DNA from: a virus
Lineage: Duplodnaviria; Caudoviricetes
Strand: one strand, 5' to 3'
Length of the DNA stretch: 64,000 nucleotides
Virus record (IMG/VR): IMGVR_UViG_3300047551_002158
The notes below the pieces were generated by a model. That model worked only from the letters and a program-made list of their open reading frames with translations, was not told the DNA's origin and searched no databases. Every line of letters starts with the position of its first letter. The stretch's first letter is position 1. A program made the position numbers and the translations under genes. Positions 35,878 through 44,142 of this stretch are shown here, in pieces.

Positions 35878-36236
35878 TGGAAACGACATTTCACGAAGTT
35901 TATAATGATGTTGAAAAGGCAATTGATTATGCTTTTAATGGTAAATTTGTTTTAAATTTTTATGATTATTTAAAAGTTCGTGGAACAAGAAAATTGGAAG
36001 TTGAAGAATTTATTGAAAGTTCTACTGCTAATGAACTTAGCAATCTTGTAATGGACTTGGATGATTACCTTGAAGGTGGTTCTGATGAAATTCATAGACA
36101 ACTTAGAGAAGGTTATGGTCACATTCCAAAACCACAAGCAAGAAAAATAAGAAATTACCTTTATGGTATTCTTGAAGATGCCTGGAGATATAATCATGAT
36201 AAACGACCAGGAAGGAGAAAAAAGAAAACTAAATAA
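35877..36236 (+). CDS. Conserved hypothetical phage protein
   Basis: Coupled ORF in the T4-like cyanophage core region. Confidence 0.75.
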   Translation: METTFHEVYNDVEKAIDYAFNGKFVLNFYDYLKVRGTRKLEVEEFIESSTANELSNLVMDLDDYLEGGSDEIHRQLREGYGHIPKPQARKIRNYLYGILEDAWRYNHDKRPGRRKKKTK

Positions 36237-36402
36237 GTCAGAACCTCAAATTAACAGAGGTGTTGAGTTATTACTTAGGAATAGAAGGAGGAGATCATCA
36301 AAACCAAAAACTTTTCAAGTGAAGTTTGGTAAAATGATTTCTCTATTCCGTAGAGAGTTTCATTTTTTTATAGAATTTCACTTTGATATAAGGAAAAAAT
36401 AA
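36196..36402 (+). CDS. Hypothetical basic protein
   Basis: GGAG 8 nt upstream of ATG 36196; INRGVELLLRNRRR. Confidence 0.6.
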   Translation: MINDQEGEKRKLNKSEPQINRGVELLLRNRRRRSSKPKTFQVKFGKMISLFRREFHFFIEFHFDIRKK

Positions 36403-36421
36403 ACTCTCTGGAGAAAGGAAA

Positions 36422-36655
36422 ATGGAAACAGCATATGTAATAACATTCTCAGTAATGTTCACGTTGCTCTTTTTTATGGTTGGGGGTATAATAGGTTGGT
36501 TGACATATAGACACCTAATAGAAAATAGACCTCCTTATTTGCATCCAGAGTTCTTTGATGAAAATGGGCAGGTGATACCTGACGAAATAGTTGCAGTAAC
36601 ATTTGAAAATAACGATTACGATTATGACGACTACGAAGACGAGGAAGAAGACTGA
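36422..36655 (+). CDS. Small membrane protein with an acidic tail
   Basis: N-terminal transmembrane helix, HPEFFDENG, AAGGA RBS. Confidence 0.75.
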   Translation: METAYVITFSVMFTLLFFMVGGIIGWLTYRHLIENRPPYLHPEFFDENGQVIPDEIVAVTFENNDYDYDDYEDEEED

Positions 36656-37190
36656 AGAATTAGTAGTATCTCTTCCGACAAATCCTTTTATATTTGAAAT
36701 CTTAGAACTTGTTTCTAAGCAAAGATCAAATGCAAAAAAAGTTGAAGTTTTAAAGACTTATGAGCATGATGCTCTTAAAACAATTTTTATTTGGAATTTT
36801 GATGATAGTGTAATTTCCCTTCTCCCAGAAGGTGAAGTTCCTTACGGAGACGTAAAGGATCAGAATGTTTATTCTGGAACCCTCTCAGAAAATCTCTCCA
36901 GAGAAGCAGTTGGTGGAGAAGCAGCTACTCTTCAAGATCTTCAAGGAAGAGACCGCACATCTATTCGTAAAGAATATCAAAATTTTTATCACTACGTTCA
37001 GGGTGGCAACAATACTCTGTCATCTATTCGTAGAGAAATGATGTTCATAAATTTACTTCAAGGACTTCATCCCAAGGAAGCAGAAGTAGTAGTTCTTACA
37101 AAGGATAAAAAACTTCAAACTAAATACAAAATAACTCACGAAAATGTTAAGGAAGCATATCCTGATATCAAGTGGGGAGGTCGTTCATGA
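36624..37190 (+). CDS. Conserved hypothetical phage protein (DUF6433-like)
   Basis: LLPEGEVPY, RREMMFINLLQGLHPKEAE motifs. Confidence 0.7.
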   Translation: MTTTKTRKKTEELVVSLPTNPFIFEILELVSKQRSNAKKVEVLKTYEHDALKTIFIWNFDDSVISLLPEGEVPYGDVKDQNVYSGTLSENLSREAVGGEAATLQDLQGRDRTSIRKEYQNFYHYVQGGNNTLSSIRREMMFINLLQGLHPKEAEVVVLTKDKKLQTKYKITHENVKEAYPDIKWGGRS

Positions 37191-37525
37191 CGGCAACAAT
37201 AGGAGCGAAGAAAAAAATGGCAGAATCTACAAAAAAAGAAAAGCAAATTCTGCCCCATGAATATGGATGTCAAATCCTTTTGGAAAAAACTACATTAGAA
37301 AAAGCAAAAGATACTTCATTCCCAAATGATGCATATTTGATTTGGTATGTTGAAAATGGGAAGCAGCATATTGATTTAACTCGCTGTCATAAAAGAGTTC
37401 AATTGTTTGATATGTATTATGATAAGTATGGTCCAGGAGCAGTTCAAAAAATTGATTTTGGATATGGTAGAGTAAATCCCAGACTTTGGGGAGTAAAACA
37501 ACCTGAGAAAAAGAAGAGAAAATGA
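37187..37525 (+). CDS. Conserved hypothetical phage protein
   Basis: GGAGG RBS, ATGA overlap; FDMYYDKYG..GYGRVNPRLW. Confidence 0.75.
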   Translation: MTATIGAKKKMAESTKKEKQILPHEYGCQILLEKTTLEKAKDTSFPNDAYLIWYVENGKQHIDLTRCHKRVQLFDMYYDKYGPGAVQKIDFGYGRVNPRLWGVKQPEKKKRK

Positions 37526-37734
37526 GTTCTGGATTTGGTGGTCAAGGAAAAGAAAATAGAGTTGGTAAAGATGCCAATATTACTATTGATTTAGACAATA
37601 TAGATATAGTTCTAAAACAATATAAAAAAATTAAAAAATATCAAAAGTCATCTCTGTTCGCTATCAAAACAATGGACGGCACAGAAGAGATTGTGAGTTC
37701 ATTGATTAAGGAAGCGGAGGAAAATCCACTGTAA
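37522..37734 (+). CDS. Hypothetical protein
   Basis: Coupled ORF. Confidence 0.65.
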   Translation: MSSGFGGQGKENRVGKDANITIDLDNIDIVLKQYKKIKKYQKSSLFAIKTMDGTEEIVSSLIKEAEENPL

Positions 37735-37735
37735 A

Positions 37736-38062
37736 ATGGGGAAGCATTATTTACTTAACTTGTATGGATGCTCGTTTGTCCTTTTGGACGACGAGCGTTG
37801 TCTTATAGACCTATTAGAGTGTGCAGCAGAAGCAAGCGGTGCTACTGTGGTTCAAACTATCTCAAAAAAGTTTGAACCACAAGGAGTAACCGTTATTTGT
37901 TTGCTTTCTGAAAGTCATATTAGTATTCATACTTGGCCAGAAGAAGGTAAGGCAGCAGTGGATGTATATACCTGTGGAGATTGTAATCCAAAGATCGGGT
38001 GTGATATGATTATCCATCAACTCTTTGCTACTAATCATACGTTGAGTTACATAGAACGGTAA
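37736..38062 (+). CDS. speD: S-adenosylmethionine decarboxylase proenzyme
   Basis: MGKHYLL, FEPQGVT, ESHISIHTWPE (pyruvoyl cleavage site), DVYTCG. Confidence 0.93.
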   Translation: MGKHYLLNLYGCSFVLLDDERCLIDLLECAAEASGATVVQTISKKFEPQGVTVICLLSESHISIHTWPEEGKAAVDVYTCGDCNPKIGCDMIIHQLFATNHTLSYIER

Positions 38063-38072
38063 CAAAAGTTAC
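38059..38072 (+). promoter_or_regulatory. NtcA binding site
   Basis: GTA-ACAAAAGT-TAC is a perfect GTA-N8-TAC; it overlaps the expected -35 region of a TAATAT -10 at 38085-38090. Confidence 0.7.
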
Positions 38073-38096
38073 AAAATAAAAATCTAATATATTATA

Positions 38097-38191
38097 CGTT
38101 CATCCCTTTGGGACGGAAGTAAGTTGACGCGGAACGGATCGTTCATTCGCTATTCTCAAATAGCGAACGCAACCGCCGACTGAAGGAACGC
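38097..38191 (+). ncRNA. Glutamine riboswitch (glnA/type I-like) with an enlarged P3
   Basis: P1 CGTTC/GAACG, P2 TCCC/GGGA, CGGAAGTAAG and TGAAG E-loop strands, P3 AGTTG..GCGG/CCGC-CGACT; upstream of a DUF4278-like gene. Confidence 0.8.
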
Positions 38192-38221
38192 TCTTTAACC
38201 TCAAAATTAAGGAGAACCCTA

Positions 38222-38359
38222 ATGTCAAAAGTAGTATATCGTGGTGTCGAATATGACACTCAAAAGCGTCTTGAATATCAACAACAGATGATGCAACAAC
38301 CTCAACAATACAATGAAACCTATCGTGGTGTTAAATTTGTAAAAGAGGGGCATAAGTGA
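38222..38359 (+). CDS. DUF4278-like small protein (45 aa, MSKVVYRGVEYDTQKRLEYQQQMMQQPQQYNETYRGVKFVKEGHK)
   Basis: Read by hand, absent from the ORF track; two YRGV motifs; AAGGAG RBS. Confidence 0.85.
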   Translation: MSKVVYRGVEYDTQKRLEYQQQMMQQPQQYNETYRGVKFVKEGHK

Positions 38360-38360
38360 A

Positions 38361-38462
38361 ATGAATACTTACTTTGTTCGTTATCTTAAGAAAAAAGCAA
38401 AGAAGGAACAACTCCTTCATAATGCACAACTGAATATGGCAAAGCAACCTCAAGTTGCTTAA
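38361..38462 (+). CDS. Small basic peptide (33 aa, MNTYFVRYLKKKAKKEQLLHNAQLNMAKQPQVA)
   Basis: Read by hand; starts 1 nt after the DUF4278-like gene stop and lies before the terminator. Confidence 0.6.
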   Translation: MNTYFVRYLKKKAKKEQLLHNAQLNMAKQPQVA

Positions 38463-38468
38463 TATTTC

Positions 38469-38507
38469 AAAGAGGGTCTTGACTGACCCTCTTTTTTTAT
38501 GTATAAT
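38469..38507 (+). terminator. Terminator whose loop is the -35 hexamer of the next promoter
   Basis: AAAGAGGGTC-TTGACT-GACCCTCTTT plus T tract; TTGACT 38479-38484, 17 bp, TATAAT 38502-38507. Confidence 0.85.
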
Positions 38508-38530
38508 TACCTTTGTGAGGGTTGATAAAA

Positions 38531-38773
38531 ATGGATAAAGAAAAGCTTAAACTCATCATAAGAAACTTAGAGTCTCTTGTAGACTGTCTTAAATCAGAAG
38601 TTTATTCTGATGTAGATTCATATAAACCAGAAACTCAATATGAAGATATTGCTCCTTATATTGACGATTATGATGAGGTCTTCTATGATGAGGAAGATGA
38701 TGAGATCTATGGACCAGTAAAAGTAAACAAGAAATACAAACTAACCAATGATGATGATGGAGATGGACTGTGA
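38531..38773 (+). CDS. Acidic hypothetical phage protein
   Basis: MDKEKLKLIIRNLESLVDCLKSEVYSD. Confidence 0.75.
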   Translation: MDKEKLKLIIRNLESLVDCLKSEVYSDVDSYKPETQYEDIAPYIDDYDEVFYDEEDDEIYGPVKVNKKYKLTNDDDGDGL

Positions 38774-39492
38774 AAGAAATGTTTGATGAATTTGAATTTA
38801 TGAAACCAGAAGTTAAACTTGTTTCAGTGACGCCAGATGCAGAAAAACATATGGCATATTGTGCAAGGGTTTCAAATCCAAAAAATCAAGACAATGAAAG
38901 TTTTGAAGGACTTCTTAAGTATTGTATTAAACATCAACACTGGAGTATTTTTGAGCAAGCAAGTCTAACAGTAGAGATTAATACAACCAGAGGTATTGCT
39001 GCTCAGATTTTGCGACATAGGAGTTTTACTTTTCAAGAGTTTTCCCAAAGGTATGCTGACACAAATCTGTTGAATGAAACTATTCCTCTTCCAGAACTTC
39101 GTAGACAGGACAATAAGAATCGTCAGAACAGTATTGATGACCTTCCGGAGTATCTGAAACTGACTCTGTTAGAAGATATTAGAATGCATTTTGAGCAGTC
39201 TCAGAGGATCTACAACCGCCTTCTGGACAAAGGTGTGGCAAAGGAGTGTGCAAGGTTCGTATTGCCCTTAGCGACGCCTACACGCCTTTATATGACTGGT
39301 TCTGTAAGGTCTTGGATACACTATATTGATCTTCGTTCGGCTCATGGAACTCAAAAGGAACATATGGATATTGCTGAGGCAATTCGTTGTATTTTTACTT
39401 GTCAATTCCCAGCAGTTTCTACTGCTCTTGGTTGGACTCGTGATAACTGTGATGATTGTGAAAGTATCCAACCATCAGTTCGTATAGACTAA
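38770..39492 (+). CDS. thyX: FAD-dependent thymidylate synthase
   Basis: HWSIFEQ, QILRHRSFTFQEFSQRY signature, KECARFVLP. Confidence 0.96.
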   Translation: MKEMFDEFEFMKPEVKLVSVTPDAEKHMAYCARVSNPKNQDNESFEGLLKYCIKHQHWSIFEQASLTVEINTTRGIAAQILRHRSFTFQEFSQRYADTNLLNETIPLPELRRQDNKNRQNSIDDLPEYLKLTLLEDIRMHFEQSQRIYNRLLDKGVAKECARFVLPLATPTRLYMTGSVRSWIHYIDLRSAHGTQKEHMDIAEAIRCIFTCQFPAVSTALGWTRDNCDDCESIQPSVRID

Positions 39493-39521
39493 ATATTCTC
39501 ATATAAAATGGAGGCATAAAT

Positions 39522-39770
39522 TTGGCAACGTACCCCGTTATCAATCAACAAACTGGTGAGCAAAAAGAAGTAACGATGTCTGTTACTGAATGGGACCAGT
39601 GGAAAGTGGATAATCCAGACTGGACAAGAGATTGGAGTGATCCATCTACTTGTCCTTCGGCAGGAGAGATTGGGGAAGTCTACGATAGACTTAAGAAGTC
39701 TCATCCAGGATGGAACGATGTTCTTCGTGCTGCATCAAAAGCACCAGGCTCAAAAGTAAAACCAGTTTAA
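39522..39770 (+). CDS. Conserved hypothetical phage protein
   Basis: TTG start with GGAGG RBS and CTAAATA upstream; GWNDVL..SKAPGS. Confidence 0.75.
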   Translation: MATYPVINQQTGEQKEVTMSVTEWDQWKVDNPDWTRDWSDPSTCPSAGEIGEVYDRLKKSHPGWNDVLRAASKAPGSKVKPV

Positions 39771-39781
39771 ATTTTTTTTAT

Positions 39782-40537
39782 ATGGCAAGAAGAAAAAGAG
39801 TAGACGATCAACCAATTGGTGTTGGAATGACTGCTAAACAAATGAAACGCAAGAAACCAATTGGTCTGGATTTGATGAGAGATATTGAACCTCTCACGGA
39901 TAATCAAAAACTTTTATATCAAGCATACGAAAAAGGACAAAATATTGTTGCTTATGGGTGTGCTGGAACAGGTAAAACGTTTATCACTCTTTATAATGCT
40001 CTTCAAGATGTTTTAGATGAAAGAAGTCCTTATGAAAAAATTTATATTGTAAGGTCTCTTGTTGCAACTCGTGAAATTGGTTTTCTTCCTGGAGACCACG
40101 AAGATAAATCATCACTTTATCAAATTCCTTATAAGAATATGGTAAAGTATATGTTCTCAATGCCAGATGACGCATCATTCGAAATGCTTTATGGGAACCT
40201 CAAACTTCAAGGAACTATTAGTTTTTGGAGTACTTCTTTTATTCGCGGAACTACTCTGGACAATGCTATCATTATCGTAGATGAGTTTCAAAACTTGAAC
40301 TATCACGAACTTGATAGTATAATTACCCGTGTAGGCGAGAACAGTAAAATTATGTTCTGTGGTGATGCCACTCAAACTGATTTGATTAAAACAAATGAGA
40401 GAAATGGTATCATTGATTTTATGAAAGTTCTTCGTATTATGCCTTCAATTGATATTATTGAATTTGGAGTTGATGATATTGTTCGCTCTGGATTAGTGAA
40501 AGAATATATCCTTGCGAAAATGGAAGTTGGTGTATGA
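39782..40537 (+). CDS. phoH: PhoH-like ATPase
   Basis: GCAGTGKT Walker A, GFLPG, IRGTTL, IVDEFQN, CGDATQTD, DIVRSG. Confidence 0.95.
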   Translation: MARRKRVDDQPIGVGMTAKQMKRKKPIGLDLMRDIEPLTDNQKLLYQAYEKGQNIVAYGCAGTGKTFITLYNALQDVLDERSPYEKIYIVRSLVATREIGFLPGDHEDKSSLYQIPYKNMVKYMFSMPDDASFEMLYGNLKLQGTISFWSTSFIRGTTLDNAIIIVDEFQNLNYHELDSIITRVGENSKIMFCGDATQTDLIKTNERNGIIDFMKVLRIMPSIDIIEFGVDDIVRSGLVKEYILAKMEVGV

Positions 40538-41214
40538 GTTTTATTCATTGTAATTTTTTAGGTGATCTTGAATTAGAAAAGAAAGAACAAAATGGCATCC
40601 GTCTGTACCATCTCCCCGATGGGCAGTGGGTGCCTTCAATTACTTCAGTTACTTCTTTCTACAATCGTCAGATCTTTATTGATTGGAGAAAGCGTGTAGG
40701 ACTTGAAGAAGCAAATCGTATCACAAAAAGAGCAACAGCAAGAGGAACTGACTTTCACCAAGTCTGTCAGGACTATCTTGAAAATAAAGAACTTGTCTGG
40801 GATGATTACCAACTCCTGACAAAACATATGTTTCATCACGCGAAACCTTATCTTGATAAGATAAATAATATTCACGCGATTGAACGAACTCTCTATTCTG
40901 AATACCTTGGACTTGCAGGACGAGTTGATTGTATTGCTGAATATGAAGGAGAGTTGGCAGTCATTGACTTCAAAACATCAGATAAAATTAAACCTGAGCA
41001 GTGGATTGAAAATTACTTCGTTCAAGAAACATTCTACGCAGCTGCTTACTACGAACTGACAGGAAAAGTTGTTAAAAAACTCATTACGTTAATGGTTACT
41101 CCTGGTGGAGAAGTCAAAGTATTTGACAAAAGAAACAAAGGGGATTATATTAAACTACTAGTTCGTTATATTAAAGAATTTGTACATCACAATACTGGGT
41201 CAGATGGAGAATGA
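40534..41214 (+). CDS. PD-(D/E)XK exonuclease
   Basis: PSITSV, RGTDFH, AGRVDC, VIDFKTS, QETFYA. Confidence 0.85.
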   Translation: MSFIHCNFLGDLELEKKEQNGIRLYHLPDGQWVPSITSVTSFYNRQIFIDWRKRVGLEEANRITKRATARGTDFHQVCQDYLENKELVWDDYQLLTKHMFHHAKPYLDKINNIHAIERTLYSEYLGLAGRVDCIAEYEGELAVIDFKTSDKIKPEQWIENYFVQETFYAAAYYELTGKVVKKLITLMVTPGGEVKVFDKRNKGDYIKLLVRYIKEFVHHNTGSDGE

Positions 41215-41461
41215 ATTAGAAAAAGCATTAGAAAATAAGTTCTTTTGTCCATCACGTTTCGCACAAGAGATTGAAAATCTTGTGCAAGTCAATGTGGAAA
41301 TGAATTACATCGATGCTATTATTCATTTCTGCGAAAACAATAATATTGATTTGGAGTCCGTTCCGAAACTGATTTCAAAACCACTGAAGGAAAAGATTAA
41401 GTATGAAGCAATGGAACTTAACTTCCTTAAGAAGACTTCCAGAGCAAAATTGGTCTTTTAA
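41204..41461 (+). CDS. gp33: Late transcription coactivator gp33
   Basis: MNYIDAIIHFCE, ISKPLKEKIKYEA..LN; position before gp59/gp32. Confidence 0.88.
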   Translation: MENELEKALENKFFCPSRFAQEIENLVQVNVEMNYIDAIIHFCENNNIDLESVPKLISKPLKEKIKYEAMELNFLKKTSRAKLVF

Positions 41462-41516
41462 TCCATTTTTGGGCGAAAAAAATCCCGGCAAAAATTTCCC
41501 TATATTACTTTTTTGA

Positions 41517-42113
41517 ATGATGCCTTACGATGCCTATCGAGAATATCTTGCTCTGAAAAATCATTTTACGAAAGATAACTACGATTATTTTAAGTATAAT
41601 AAAAAAGTAAGAGCAACTGTTCAATCTTTCTATAAACGAAAGGATAGAATGTGGTTTGAAAAAATCTCAAGACAAAAATCAGACAAAGAAGTTGTAGATT
41701 TTTTTGTTTCTAATTTTGTGTCTTGTCCAGATCCAGAGACCCTTTGGATTGGTGAAATGATTAAAGAAGGTGAAGGAAGATATCAACAATGGCAGAAGAA
41801 AATTCAATCTCTTTCATACTTCTTTAAAGAGGAAAGTCAATCACTATTCGGTGAAAATAAATTTCAAGATGTATTCAAATGTTCAAAAGGACATCCTGTT
41901 CTCTTAAAAAAACATTTGAGTGGTCAAGTATCTCTTGAAACGATGGTACTTTTAGACAAAGTATTTGCTTATTCAAAGAATTTTGATAAAAAACTCCAAG
42001 ATCCAGTGTGGGAAACCGTCAGTCGTAGAGTTAAAAAATATAATCCATTTCTAAATATTGATGTACTTAGTTATCGTAAAATTTTGAAAGAGATCATTCT
42101 GGAGGATCAATGA
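41517..42113 (+). CDS. gp59: Helicase loader gp59
   Basis: YLALKNHF..YDYFKY, KRKDR, SLETM; T4 gene order. Confidence 0.88.
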   Translation: MMPYDAYREYLALKNHFTKDNYDYFKYNKKVRATVQSFYKRKDRMWFEKISRQKSDKEVVDFFVSNFVSCPDPETLWIGEMIKEGEGRYQQWQKKIQSLSYFFKEESQSLFGENKFQDVFKCSKGHPVLLKKHLSGQVSLETMVLLDKVFAYSKNFDKKLQDPVWETVSRRVKKYNPFLNIDVLSYRKILKEIILEDQ

Positions 42114-42454
42114 GTTTTTTTAGTTCCGAAGTCGTCCGTGCAGAGATGACTGAAATTGCAGAACTTCAGGAACAAATCTACGGAAATATTTTTAAATTTC
42201 CTACGATGAGTAAAGAAGAAAAAATTGAGCACGTTGAAGTTCTTGAACGACTTTTGGATAAACAAAAAGTTCTTTATACAAGAATGAGTTTGTCTGATGA
42301 TCCCGAAGCAAGAGAAATGAAGGAGCGTATTATGAGCTCTGCAATTATGATGGGTATGCCCCCAAACACTGATATGAATATTATTTTTAACAATATGTCC
42401 AGAATGCTGGATGTAATGAAAGAACAGATTGACAAAATGGGTTCAGACCTGTAG
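42110..42454 (+). CDS. Conserved cyanophage protein (DUF1825-like)
   Basis: MSFFSSEVVRAEM..LYTRMSLSDDPEA. Confidence 0.7.
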   Translation: MSFFSSEVVRAEMTEIAELQEQIYGNIFKFPTMSKEEKIEHVEVLERLLDKQKVLYTRMSLSDDPEAREMKERIMSSAIMMGMPPNTDMNIIFNNMSRMLDVMKEQIDKMGSDL

Positions 42455-42503
42455 AATAACGAAGTACACAAAGGCCAAATCCTACTAATACGAGGTAATC
42501 CGA

Positions 42504-43448
42504 ATGTCTTTTGAAGCACTTAAAAAGCAATCCAAACTGGGTTCTCTGACTTCTAAACTGGTAAAAGAAGTTGAGAAGATGAGTACCGCAAGCAGTGGAG
42601 AAGATGATCGTCTCTGGAAACCTGAGATGGACAAAACTGGAAACGGTTTTGCTGTTATTCGTTTCCTTCCTGCCCCTGAAGGCGAAGAACTTCCTTGGGC
42701 AAAGATGTATTCTCACGCTTTCCAAGGTCCTGGTGGTTGGTATATTGAGAACTCTCTGACTACGATTGGTCAGAAAGATCCTCTTGGTGAACACAACCGC
42801 GAACTTTGGAATACTGGTTCTGAAACGAACAAAGAAATTGTTCGCAAGCAAAAGCGTAAACTGTCTTATTACAGCAATATCTACGTTGTAAAAGATCCCA
42901 CAAACCCTCAAAACGAAGGTAAAGTTTTTCTCTACAAGTATGGTAAGAAAATCTTTGACAAGATTATGGAAGCAATGCAACCTGAGTTTGAGGATGAAAC
43001 TCCTATCAATCCTTTTGACTTCTGGCAGGGTGCGAATTTCAAACTCAAGATCGTAAAGAAAGATGGGTATTGGAATTACGACAAGTCAGAATTTGGTTCT
43101 GTTGAACCACTACTGGATGATGACGATGCTCTGGAAACCATCTGGAAGAAAGAGTATTCTCTGACTGCAATTACTGCTCCCGACCAGTTCAAGTCTTATG
43201 AAGAACTTGAGCGTCGTATGAATATGGTTCTGGGTCTGAAGACTGCTTCTCCAACTCGCTCTCGTGCAGTTGTGGAACAGGAAGATGAACTTGAAGAGTA
43301 TACTTCTACTCCTTCTGCTCAAGATCGTGTTGTGGAAGAACTGGAGCAATCTTATGCTCGCTCTAAGTCTCCTTCACTTCCCAAGATCACTCAGGATGAT
43401 GATGAAGATGATGCTCTCTCCTACTTCCAAAAACTGGCAGAGGATTGA
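42504..43448 (+). CDS. gp32: Single-stranded DNA-binding protein gp32
   Basis: DDRLWK..GNGFAVIRFLP, WYIENSL, GKKIFDKI, acidic C-terminal tail. Confidence 0.95.
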   Translation: MSFEALKKQSKLGSLTSKLVKEVEKMSTASSGEDDRLWKPEMDKTGNGFAVIRFLPAPEGEELPWAKMYSHAFQGPGGWYIENSLTTIGQKDPLGEHNRELWNTGSETNKEIVRKQKRKLSYYSNIYVVKDPTNPQNEGKVFLYKYGKKIFDKIMEAMQPEFEDETPINPFDFWQGANFKLKIVKKDGYWNYDKSEFGSVEPLLDDDDALETIWKKEYSLTAITAPDQFKSYEELERRMNMVLGLKTASPTRSRAVVEQEDELEEYTSTPSAQDRVVEELEQSYARSKSPSLPKITQDDDEDDALSYFQKLAED

Positions 43449-44141
43449 TCAAGAATAAAGTCTGATATTATCAGCACGTTTAAGGGTCTCAGTCTTATAT
43501 TGACTGGACCCTTCTTTATATCTCATCATATTATCTGTATCATCGAGAATAATATTCAAGTATCTTGGTTTGAGTACGAATATATTTCTTTTTGCGTCTT
43601 CAAGTTTTTCTTCGTATTCGTAGTTGGTGACTGGAACTGCAATATTTCCACTATCTATTTGTTCACGCATTGAGTAATCATAAAAACTAACAGAATAAGT
43701 TGAAGGAACTTGAAGTCCAGCGGGAAGTATTGTTACACCTCTGCTATTTTTAACTTCTGTTGTTTCATAATGGTGTACACCATTGTAAATGTTATTATAA
43801 ATTTCTTCTTCTGTAGATAATCCAACACCATATTTTTCTTTCAAATATTCATCAAATGAATTTTGTGTCATTGGCCATTCAGTTTGAATATTTGTAATAT
43901 TATTAGATAGAAGGATTATCCAATCAAATTTGGGATCTTCATAAACTTTATATGAAACATTATCGGGTCTTTCATTACCGATAATTTTATACTTTTCAAA
44001 AAAGGCAACATTTTCAAAAATGTCTGGACGAATTTTTCCTCTTTTGAAAAGGTTTTTTACTTGAATATAATCGGATATCTTAGCATCAGGAAGTCTACTG
44101 ACATATTCAAATGATGGAAGTTTTTTGAAATATGAAGACAT
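43449..44141 (-). CDS. gp53: Baseplate wedge subunit gp53
   Basis: ERPDNVS..Y..DWIILLSNNI, WPM, HHYET. Confidence 0.88.
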   Translation of the reverse strand: MSSYFKKLPSFEYVSRLPDAKISDYIQVKNLFKRGKIRPDIFENVAFFEKYKIIGNERPDNVSYKVYEDPKFDWIILLSNNITNIQTEWPMTQNSFDEYLKEKYGVGLSTEEEIYNNIYNGVHHYETTEVKNSRGVTILPAGLQVPSTYSVSFYDYSMREQIDSGNIAVPVTNYEYEEKLEDAKRNIFVLKPRYLNIILDDTDNMMRYKEGSSQYKTETLKRADNIRLYS

Positions 44142-44142
44142 T

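Noticed and set aside
38095-38100. NtcA-activated promoter reading (TAN3T 22 bp after the box)
   Set aside because: It would start transcription inside the riboswitch P1/P2, so the repression geometry with -10 at 38085 fits better
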